A stretch of 32,000 bases of DNA from Zygophlyctis sp. KS116 (taxonomy: Eukaryota; Fungi; Chytridiomycota), in contig BAAFSQ010000048.1 of assembly GCA_054661495.1 (NCBI GenBank), forward strand, positions 21,204 through 53,203. Reading direction: 5' to 3'. Both the position numbers and the translations under genes were made by a program. The notes under the pieces were generated by a model. That model did no database searches, had not been told where the DNA came from, and saw only the letters and a list, made by a program, of their open reading frames with translations. This document shows positions 1 to 9,899 of the stretch, one piece after another. The first letter of the stretch is position 1, and each line of letters begins with the position of its first letter.

Positions 1-23
1 GTAAGATTAATAAAATTCAATAG

Positions 24-702
24 AAAAACAGGTTACAATAATGATTCTAATTTGTCATTTCAGACATTTTCTTATCAAGAGTCTCAGTATTCTCAACCTT
101 CTCAACAGTATTCATCTTACTCTACAAATTATCCTCAAAAAGTGACTTTAGAATCAATACGGTCTGCATTCTCTTGTGATGGATTAGGAAATGAACCGCC
201 ATTACTACAGGAATTGGGAATAAATTTCCAACATATTCTTTCAAAATCTCTAGTTGTACTAAATCCCTTGAAAAAAGTTGATGGTCATTTAATGGATGAT
301 GCGGATTTAGCGGGTCCTCTGATTTTTTGTTTTTTATTTGGTGGACTATTATTATTATCAGGAAAAGCACATTTTGAATACATTTATGGTGTTGCGGTTG
401 TTGGTGTACTCTCAATTTATGGAATTTTAAATTTAATGTCTGAAAATGGTATTGATATTTATAGATCTGCTTCTGTTATGGGATATTCTCTACTTCCAGT
501 AGTTTTATTTACTTCTCTATCTACTATTATGGGATGGTCTGGTTATTTGGTACTGGGAATTTCATTATTTTCTATAATTTGGTGTACTTACTCTGCATCT
601 TTAATATTTACAACTGTATTAGCAATGGATGAAGTAAGATTGTTGGTAGCGTATCCAATTGCATTAGTGTATAGTGCTTTTGTGTTACTGGCAGTTTTCT
701 AA
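24..702 (+). CDS. YIP1: Yip1/YIPF5-family Golgi membrane protein (5' part outside window)
   Basis: Motifs EPPLLQELGINF, DADLAGPLIFC and SVMGYSLLP, plus several TM helices. Bases 1-23 (gtaag...tag) look like a 23-nt intron, and the frame is open from 25. Confidence 0.92.
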
Positions 703-1252
703 AGACACAAGGAAGATTAAGAAATATAAATTCTTCTTGATTGACTAGTGCAAGCGAATTTTCTTGCAAGATCTGAGATTTGCTTAGCGACTGAGTTTCA
801 ATATCCTTCACTTCTAAAAGTTCTGATGGGATCGTAAATTCTCCTTGAGATACCTAGAGATTAATAACAAAACATTTACTATTTTAGGATATCCCTTTCT
901 ACATGCAACTGCAAGAGGCCTAATATAAGATGTGAATGAATTCATACGTTGATCCATATACAGGACGTTTGCAGTTTACATTTGCTTTGTCCCATAGTTT
1001 CATATAAACCTAAAAACATCAATCTCTTGAAACGATTACTTTGTCTAGATCTCCCGATTCACAAGCTTCTAATAGCTGTTGATCATTAACAGTTAAAGGT
1101 TTCTTAGTTGGAATAATTTCAGGAATTCCCGAATCATTGGCTAATGGATTTGATTGAACTGGACTCAATGAAAATTTCCCCTTTTGAAATCTTGAATTGA
1201 CAGAACTGGAATTTTTAACCAATGGCCTTGATTTGATCTGCTTTGAAGTCAT
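608..1252 (-). CDS. Small ankyrin-repeat protein, 3' end uncertain or possibly chimeric
   Basis: Spliced reading (introns 1010-1039, 920-947) gives LLEACESGDLDKV...ANVNCKRPVYGSTPLAVACRKGYPKI. It ends at 814 if unspliced. If 854-879 is an intron it runs to 608 and overlaps YIP1. Confidence 0.6.
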
Positions 1253-1280
1253 AAAAAGCAATGACGTAACAAAATCTATA

Positions 1281-1864
1281 TTATACTCACATCATGTAAT
1301 GCTACACACGTGACAGCTTTTTGATGTCCATTATAATGTCTAATAGTCTCACCATTTGATAAATCCCACAACCTAGCAGAATTATCAGATGATCCAGTAA
1401 CTAAATATGCAGAGTCTGCAGAAAAAGAACAATCCCAAACCCATCTTTGATGTCCAGAAAGAACCTTGTCTAATTTAAATTTGTAATATAGATACTGATC
1501 TAACAGGTATATCTTCTTCAGGTATTAATTCATGAGTACATGAATTCTCTGTTAAATCCCAAATCTTTATGCTCCCCGACTGATCACCCGTGATTAATTC
1601 CCCTAATATTATCTAATCTGGACAAACCTTGATTAGGATGAATCATGACATCATTTACAGGATTCTAAAACATAAATATATTATACTTACATTCAATTGA
1701 TAATCTCTTTGAATCCCTGGCGCTCTAATATCCCATATTTTAACAGTTCCATCTTCTGATCCAGTACACAACCATCTTCCAGCCGACTGAAACCCAGCAG
1801 AAGTCACATTCCCTGTATGGCCTTCAAATGAAGTTATAGAGTTTGCAGAATTAGACTGAACGTC
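1281..1864 (-). pseudogene. LST8: LST8 (TOR complex WD40 subunit), 5'-truncated, with internal deletion and frameshift at ~1486
   Basis: FEGHTGNVT...[32 protein letters not shown] and [11 protein letters not shown] are followed directly, in a shifted frame, by [30 protein letters not shown]. Introns 1665-1690 and 1603-1627 are retained. Confidence 0.88.
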
Positions 1865-1913
1865 ACTTAACATGTAATTTATGACATAATCCACATTCTA
1901 GATCGAGTCTATA

Positions 1914-2401
1914 CTATTTACATCCCTTCTTATTACATTTTCCATCCTTTTCAAATCTAGGACAAGAAAAAACATGTAAAGAATTACATTTTGATCCTAG
2001 AGAACAGAATCCTGAATCTGCAAAATTACTACAAATTTTAGCATCAATATCATGCTTTATATGTAAAAATTTACAAACTGATCTATTACAATTGCCTTTT
2101 TCATAAAAGGTACAATTAGGAGTAATAAATGTGTTTGGAGAATGATTTAAATTACATTCTTCATGACAATCTTGTCCTAATAGGTATTTAGGACATGGAG
2201 AGATTCTATTTGGATCATGAATAAATCTACAGTTTCCTTTACATTTTCCAAATCTAAAAAATTGACAGTGTTTTTTAGATTTTTTGAGAATTAAATTGCT
2301 AGATTTTGGTTTTTTTAGACCTTTTTTTACAAGAGAATTACCAATTTTTGAGTATAAAACTCCAGATTTATCTTTTAAGAGAGTGGTGAGACAGACTGGG
2401 G
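1914..2401 (-). CDS. ZC3H3/Red5-like tandem CCCH zinc-finger region (no own start codon; absent from ORF track)
   Basis: Open frame with CQFFRFGKCKGNCRFIH, CPKYLLGQDCHEECNLNH, CTFYEKGNCNRSVCKFLH and CSNFADSGFCSLGSKCNSLH. A fifth finger, CPRFEKDGKCNKKGCK, is cut by TAG at 1914-1916. Confidence 0.8.
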
Positions 2402-2446
2402 CTTAATTTCAATTAGAATGAAAGTATAAGAAAACAATGTAACCAA

Positions 2447-3187
2447 TCAAAGACTTTTACGTGCTGCTCTTCGCTGCTTCTTAGCTTGCGTTTCTGTTTC
2501 TTTATTAGCCTGCTGCAGGTGGTCTAGAAGTTTCTGTAATATGTCAAACAGGTGGTCGACTACACTGGTCTTCTCATAGCTCCGGTTGATTGCTTGGTGG
2601 AAGTTTGTTTCCAACCTTTCCGGTACTAGTTTTAAATCATTGAACAGTTTTAATAATTCTGCGTCATAAAGTTTTATCTGGTCGACCAAGGTGTCGTAGA
2701 TTTGGGTTTCCACTTCACGACGTCGTCTCCCATCCAAATCGGACAATGACTTTAACTCGTGCTCTTTTCTTAACAATGAACTCTCCAACAGTTCTATTTT
2801 TCTCTCACACTGGGTCACTTGCTCTTTAAGTACAGGCAGCTTTTGCGCTTCAGCACGGACACTATAGAGTTCAAAATTCGATCCAAGTAGACGGGAATTA
2901 AAATAAGTGGCCCTTCCATCGGCATCCTCTATTTCCTGGAGATAATTACGAGATACAATAACTGAATCCACAAAGCCAAGTTCGTCCAACAAATTTCCAA
3001 TTTCTAAAACCTAGAAGGTAATCAAAAACCAATAATTCCTTACATTTTCAGGATTCTCTCTTTCTTCTTCTATAACTTCGTCCACAGTGTAATTTCCCTG
3101 TCCATCATGTCTCCTTTTTCTGTGTTGATAAAATGAGTTTTTGACTTTAAACTTCTCGGGACATAGCGAGCACTTGAACATTATCAT
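2447..3187 (-). CDS. C2H2 zinc finger + coiled-coil protein of unknown origin
   Basis: Exon 3187-3044 encodes MIMFKCSLCPEKFKVKNSFYQHRKRRH (C-x2-C-x12-H-x4-H). A 33-nt intron (3011-3043) joins it in frame to the heptad-rich ORF 2447-2992. The segment is GC-richer than its flanks. Confidence 0.7.
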
Positions 3188-3246
3188 TTTTTATTTGAAC
3201 AAATTAAAACGGAGCGGAGCCAAGCATCAAATGCCCTAGCCACTTG

Positions 3247-3424
3247 GACAGAAGTGACAGAATGTGACAAAAATGACAGAAGTGACAGAATGTGACAAAA
3301 ATGACAGAAGTGACAGAATGTGACAAAAATGACAAAAATGACAGAAGTGACAGAATGTGACAGAAGTGACAAAAATGACAGAAGTGACAGAATGTGACAG
3401 AATGTGACAGAATGTGACAAATGT
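3247..3424. repeat. Compound minisatellite of 19 units (GACAGAAGT / GACAGAATGT / GACAAAAAT), partly a 28-bp higher-order repeat
   Basis: Read directly: order ABC ABC ABC C AB AC AB B B plus a final variant unit. Confidence 0.97.
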
Positions 3425-3607
3425 ATTAAATGCGCTGCAATCGATCATACATTTATAAAATACTTTCCAAAACTCTTTTATTGACTACTAAAATTAAGTA
3501 CATCCACCAACACTGAATTTGACAAATTGTTAAATAATGATTGTAATTTAGAGTCTTTAATATAATAGTAGAAATTTTTATACATATCCAACCTTGCTTC
3601 GTTACTC

Positions 3608-3974
3608 CATGATTTTGCTTCAATATATAGTGGAAGAGTGACTCATCTAAAGGTTAATATGCATCCAGATGGAGGTATTGCAAGGTATGTATAACTTGAC
3701 TTATTCAAGGTTGCGAGTTTTTGGAAGTGTGCAAAAAGATTGGACAAAAGTTTCAAATGCAGATATTTTGGATCTTGCGTGTTTAGAAAATGGAGGAAGA
3801 GCTATTTCTTGTTCAAATGCTCATTATGGTCAACCTATGAATCTTCTTTCTAGAGATACTTCTAAAGGTACGCTATAAAGTTTTAAAAATGAAGGAATGT
3901 TTGATGGATGGGAGACTGCGAGAAATATTAACCGTCCAAAATCATATGAATATGGGATTAAATTCCACGACTAA
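3608..3974 (+). pseudogene. DAL2: Allantoicase internal fragment
   Basis: VTHLKVNMHPDGGIARLRVFG...LDLACLENGGRAISCSNAHYGQPMNLL...GMFDGWETARN, with introns 3685-3709 and 3868-3894. Both ends of the enzyme are missing. Confidence 0.85.
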
Positions 3975-4334
3975 AATTGGATCCAAGATTTGAATTTCTT
4001 GAGACTCGTATAAATCTTTCTTATCAACCACCAATTCTTCTTTTGACTGTATTGTATCTGGCTCTAAATCATACCCCTTTAAATTCCTTATTGGAGACTC
4101 TAATTTCCTCCCAACCATACATACTTTTAATTCAGGCACAGGAGATCTATCCCTTTCCTTTTGAATACTATTGTCTTCTCTAGTTTTTTTAGCAATTGTA
4201 TTTCTTTTAATTTTGTAAATGAATTCATTGACTGATACTTTTTCTTTTCCTTTTAGACTAGAGACTTTAGGAACCTTGATCTTGTTAATTTTAGGAGCTT
4301 CTTCCTCTTCTAGCAATTTTTTAAATTTAAAAAA
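3942..4334 (-). other. Orphan open frame (charged, K/E-rich), probable fragment of another gene
   Basis: About 130 open codons in AT-rich DNA, no ATG at its 5' end, abutting the kexin start. Confidence 0.4.
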
Positions 4335-4336
4335 TT

Positions 4337-6475
4337 ATGAGAGATTACCATAATTTAGTTTATTATGCTATACAAGCAAAGAATCATAATATTCATGAGG
4401 TGTCAAGTGAATATGGACTAGAGTTTATGCATAGAATTGGAGAATTGGATGATTATTATTTAGTTTCTGCTCCAAAATCTGGTTTTAATTCTTTAAAGAG
4501 GAGAAGTTTATTATTGGATGATAGAGTTTTATGGATGGAAGAACAAATTCCTCAAAAGAGATTATTTAAAAGAGTTGGTAAACAGACTATACAAAGCTCT
4601 ATACTAAATAGAGAAATTCCCGGACCAGAGACAATAATTGAAAAATTGGGAATAAAGGATCCTGGGTTTCCAAATCAGTTTCATTTATATAATAGAGATG
4701 AAAAAGGTCATGATTTGAATCTGACGGGAGTTTGGTTTCAAGGAATTACAGGGAAAAATGTTACTATAACGCTCTTGGATGATGGTGTAGACTATGAACA
4801 TCCAGATATTAAAGATAATTTCTTTGCTCAAGGTTCTTGGGATTTTAATTTACATACTAATCTTCCAAAACCTCTATTATGGGATGATTATCATGGAACT
4901 AGGTGTGCTGGAGAAGTTTCAGCAGTAAAGAATGATATTTGTGGGATTGGGATTGCTTATGAGTCAAAAGTTGGGGGTATTAGAATTCTATCAGGGTCTT
5001 TAACAATTGCAGATGAAGCGGCTGCAATTACGTACATGTATCATAAGAATCATATCTTTTCGTGTTCATGGGGTCCTAGGGATGATGGTGCGACAATGGA
5101 TAAACCTCCTAAATTAGCAGCAGAAGCATTTAAAAAAGGAATTAGTTCTGGTAGAGATGGGCTTGGAACTTTATATGTTTTTGCTGCTGGAAATGGTGGA
5201 ATGCAGGGTGATAATTGGTAGCAATTTCAATTTTTTTTTTAATTTTTTTTAGTAATTTTGATGGTTATACAAATAGTATTTATACAATAACAATTGGAGC
5301 TATAGAAAAAGATAATAGTCATCCTAGTTATTCTGAACAATGTTCTGCTACATTGTCTGTAACTTATAGTGGTCATGCTGGAAGTGGAATGTCTGGGATT
5401 GTAAATTAATTTTTATTTTACTTAATAGTATACAACAGATGTACATGGTAAATGTACTAGTGCCCATGGAGGAACGTCTGCTGCGGCTCCTATGGCTAGT
5501 GGAGTTTTGGCGCTTGTTTTATCTATAAGGTATCTATAAATCTTTTAAAAAAAGACCTGATCTTACATGGAGAGACGCACAAGCATTGATTGTTCAAACA
5601 TCTGTACCAGTTAATGTGGATGATCCAGACTGGCAGACAGTTGGTAAAGGAAGGAAATTTAATCATAAATATGGCTACGGAAAATTGGATGGATATAGAA
5701 TTGTAGAAGCTGCAAAAACATTTCAAAGCTTAAAAATGCACACATCCTTATCTTCAACATCTATTCTAGTAGAAAAAGTAATACCTGAAGATTTATTTGG
5801 ACTAAACAGTACATTTGAGGTTACTGCATCTGATCTTGAAAAATATGATTTGAAAACACTGGAACATGTAACCGTGTCTCTTAATGCCAAACATGCTCGA
5901 CGTGGAGACATTAGTTTAACTCTTATATCTCCTAATGGATATAAATCAGAACTTTTAACAGTAAGATCCATGGATATGAGCACAGGTGGTTTTGAAGACT
6001 GGACTACAATGTCTGTCAAGCATTGGTACTTTTATATTTTAATATTAGGGATGAAAATCCATTAGGAATCTGGACACTTAACCTCAAAGATTCCCAATCA
6101 AACTCAAACACTGGAAAATGGAATCATTGGAATATTACTTTTTGGGGAGGAAGTAGTCGTCCAAACGTCATTTTAAATCCTCATAACAGGTCTGCAGTTA
6201 ATATTATAAAGAATTCAACCAGTAACTCCTCAACTGTACCCGTCCAACCAGGAATTATTATCGAAACATCCTATTTTAGCATTATATTTGGATTTTTTTG
6301 TCTTGTTATGGTTGTTTTTGGAATTGGATCTGCAACAACTTTTTGGAAGAGAATCACTAGAAACAAGAATAGATCTAATATAGCTGATGCTGACAGATAT
6401 ATTCCTATAGAAGATGAATTAGACGATGCATTTTTAGAAGCTCAGTTGAGGGAAGTATTGGATGAAGAGTTGTAA
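4337..6475 (+). CDS. KEX2: Kexin-type proprotein convertase (S8B) with P-domain and C-terminal TM
   Basis: Catalytic motifs DDG, HGTRCAGE, GNGG and GTSAA; KRLFKR propeptide site. Introns 5218-5252, 5401-5428, 5530-5554 and 6026-6048. Confidence 0.95.
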
Positions 6476-6629
6476 TCTATTTTAGGATTGGAAATCTGGA
6501 ATAATTTAATTGTCAATTCAATCTTGTAAATAATAGTCACAATAAATCATTGGAATTTTCTGAGTTATAACAAGAAGACTAGAGCTTTTTGCAGAGTCCG
6601 AAGCGCCGTCGACGCGAAAAAGTAAAAAA

Positions 6630-7908
6630 ATGGACGAAAACTCTATACCAAAAGTAAGGATTATTGACTAATTCTAGATTCCAAATTTAGATCTAGCTCA
6701 GCTTCTATTTTTAGCTAAAAACGGAACAGACTGCAAAAAACAGATTTTGGATTTGGTGCAAAAGGATGGTATGAAATTCAACTAAGTGTTAGAAATGGCT
6801 CCGTTTTACTCGTTTGCCTGTTCGCTGTTAAAATGGACTCTGGACGCTAAATTTCTCAAGGGACTGGAAGATGCGAATTCGTTGGAATTGAAGAAATTGA
6901 ATGAAAAGATTCTTGATGCAGAAACTAATTTGGGAGAAACTGATGTTTCTAATGCATTAATAGAAAAGGCTCAATATTTGGCTAGAATAGGAGACAAGGA
7001 AAAGGCATTGTCGGCATATCGAGTTGCGTTTGATAAGACTGGTCCATTAGGAGCGAGAATTGATATTGTTTTTGCAATCTTGAGAATTGGATTCTTTTTT
7101 GATGATGATGATTTGGTATTTAGGAATATTGACAAGGCAAAGTCGTAAGTTTACTAAAATTTAAAAATAAATTAGGTTGATTGAAGAAGGTGGGGATTGA
7201 GATAGAAGAAATCGGTTAAAGGTTTATCAAGGAACTTACTTGATGTCTATTAGAAACTTTTCAGAGGCTTCACAATTGTTTTTAGAGACTTTGGCGACTT
7301 TTACTTGTACAGAGTTATATGATTATAAGCGATTTGTTTTATATACTACAATTTGTGCAGCGATTACTTTAAATCGTCCGGATTTTAAGCAAAAGGTATT
7401 TCAAGTTTAATGTTTACAAGATAGGTGATTAACGCGCCAGAAGTTTTAGAGGTTATTCACCAAGTTCCTCATTTAGCAGATTATGCAAACTCTTTTTACA
7501 ACTGTCAATATGACAAGTTTTTTATAGCTTTGGGTATTCTTTAAATTTTTTTAAAGATAATTAGCGGCTTTGGAGACTAGCTTAAAGTCTGATCGGTATC
7601 TGTTTCCTCATTACAAGTTTTATGTACGGGAAATGAGAATTACGATTTATAATCAATTATTACACTCTTATCAAAGTTTGACTATAGAATCTATGGCAAA
7701 ATCATTTGGAGTTTCTGAAGATTGGATAGATGGAGACTTGTCTAAATTTATTTCTCTTGGTCGTGTGAATGCGGTGATTGATAAAGTTGGTGGAGTTATT
7801 GAAACAAATCGTCCAGATGCAAAGAATGCTCAATATCAGAGTGTTATAAAGCAAGGAGATGTTTTATTAAACAGAATTCAAAAGCTCTCTAGAGTCATCA
7901 ATGTATAA
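6630..7908 (+). CDS. RPN7: 26S proteasome lid subunit Rpn7/PSMD6, with in-frame TGA at 7198-7200
   Basis: [18 protein letters not shown] and [21 protein letters not shown]...[15 protein letters not shown]; five short introns (the first is 6654-6677). Confidence 0.95.
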
Positions 7909-7921
7909 ATCTTATTGATGA

Positions 7922-9852
7922 TTAAAATTCAATTCCTTTGAGACCGGCTTTTTCCAAAACTTTTTGAAACTCTTTTTTGACTTTTTCTTTTGCATTTGCA
8001 ATTTCAGATTGTTCAAAGAGAGCTAATCTCTGATTTATTCTTTGATTCATTTCCTTGAGTTCATTCTTGTGTTCTAATTCGCGCTGTTTTTGCGCTAAAA
8101 TCATTATATTTCAATATTTTTACCTTTTTTGAGTCTTTGAAGACTATCATTGTGTCTTTCTGATGTTTGTTTATCGTGAAGGTAGAGTTTTGCTCTCAAT
8201 TTGGCGGCGACATCCTTTCAATAAACGGAATATTTGTACCTTTGATTGTTGTTTTTTAAGTGCTATTTCTTCCTCATCTTGTTTTATCTTTTCTTTTAAT
8301 GCCTCTTCATGTGCTTTGCGATGTTCTACACAAAGTTTCCAGGCCTTTGTTTCATGGGGCTGCTATATGATCAGATTAATATATTTATTACCTCAACCAT
8401 CATAGATGGTGGGATTATTGCCTGGTAGTATGGAATTCTATTGGATTTTTGCTTATTTATCTCTTCCTTTTCTGAAAGAAGAATCTCTTTAACCTTTTTC
8501 ATCTTTAAGGCCTGTCCCTCTTCCTGATGCTTCTGAACCTTTTTAAAGGGCAGTGGAACTGTGGGAGTTCTAGAAGATTTCTTTTTTTCCAATTTAGAAC
8601 TAAATTCATTATGCAACTTTTTGTAATCTGGAACAACTTTTGAGATGACTGGTTGGAAAGTATGTTCAGCTGTTAATCCAGCACGCCTCTCATTCTCTAC
8701 TAGCCTCGCTCTCCTCCTCCTTCCTTCATTTCCTGCATCTATAATCGTGGGAGAGGTAATTTTTCCCGCCTTAAGCTTCAAATCTTCTTTTTGAATATCA
8801 TAAAGAGTATCTTGAACAGTATTGCTCATTGTTGTCTTCTGTTTAATTCAATTTTAAACATACCTGAATTTTAGTCCGCTTGATTTCTGTAGCTTTCTGT
8901 CTTATTTCTGTAGCCTTATTGCATTTTGTGCTCATAATCGCTTTATACTTTGGAATCAGTGAAGATACTGGAATAGGATTCGCTTTGAAGTTCTTGTTTA
9001 ATTCAATTAATAGCTCTGCTTCTCTTTTAGCAATATCCTGTTAATATTACAAAATTCCAATTTGCACCTTTTCTAATTTTTGCTTTACGATAGATTTCTT
9101 GGCATTATTACAAAGTTTCCATTCTTTTTTCTTCTTTTTACCATATTTCAAGAGCTTTGTATCTGTAGCTTTCCAAAACTTTACATTAATCAATTATAAA
9201 TTACTGAAGGATACTCTGGAAAGTAATCTTGAACTTGATATTCGTTACCCCATCTGCCTTGCATACTCTCCAAATCGTCAGAAACCATCATTTGCCTTAG
9301 ATTATTGAAAAAATCTTTGGATATATTAGGATCTTGTAATGCATATTCATGGTCGCTTGAACTTCTTAAAGCACCCCACATATCGTTTAAGTTCATTTGA
9401 TTTTTATCCAATGGTATCGTCCATGGAACATCAGTCCAGCCATAATATCTAGATGCCAGCTTTCTAGATTTTATTCTTAATTCTATTTCTAGTCTATGCT
9501 GTAGTTGATTAGCTCGTTCTTCAAGCGCTTGTTTTTCTGCATCAAACGTTAACGCCTGATAATAAAATGTTGGATCGCTGAATTCTGCAGCCTGTTGCAA
9601 TAAGCTGATTGGAGTTAACTGCATTTCTTCAATTTCATCCGAGTCTTCAATTTCATAATGTTTACTAGCTCCCTGACTTGGATATGAATGCTCTTGACTT
9701 ATGTCCGAATCTTCTTGTTCGGGACAATCTTTTGGAATTGAGTTCCTAGATCCAATAATCATTAAGCCATCATTATCTACAGATTTAATTTTGATGGGTT
9801 TATAGGTGGATTTTTTATGCATTCTATTAAACTTATCAGCCATGGACATCAT
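7922..9852 (-). CDS. FAM161: FAM161 (UPF0564) centriole/cilium protein
   Basis: FKANPIP and HTFQPVISKVVPDYKKLHNEF...TPTVPLPF motifs, coiled coils; exons join through short GT-AG introns. Confidence 0.8.
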
Positions 9853-9899
9853 CCGGATATTTAAAGGGAATATTTCCGATCAACTTATTTATTCAGTGA

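Noticed and set aside
1470-1495. 26-nt GT-AG candidate intron that might repair the LST8 frameshift
   Set aside because: Splicing it gives the wrong frame and would not restore the missing WD repeats.
3247-3424. CRISPR-like or telomeric array
   Set aside because: No unique spacers, units are 9-10 bp, the context is eukaryotic, and it is not a G-rich telomere-type repeat.
3184-3448. Cys/His/Phe-rich ORFs 3184-3420 and 3236-3448
   Set aside because: They are translations of the minisatellite.
2375-3607. Terminal inverted repeats/TSD for the C2H2 cassette (GAGT...ACTC; TTAA sites)
   Set aside because: Only ~4 bp match; no Helitron hairpin-CTRR end identified.
9090-9130. Possible in-frame deletion of a TVP..PF motif in FAM161
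   Set aside because: Cannot be told apart from normal divergence without an alignment.
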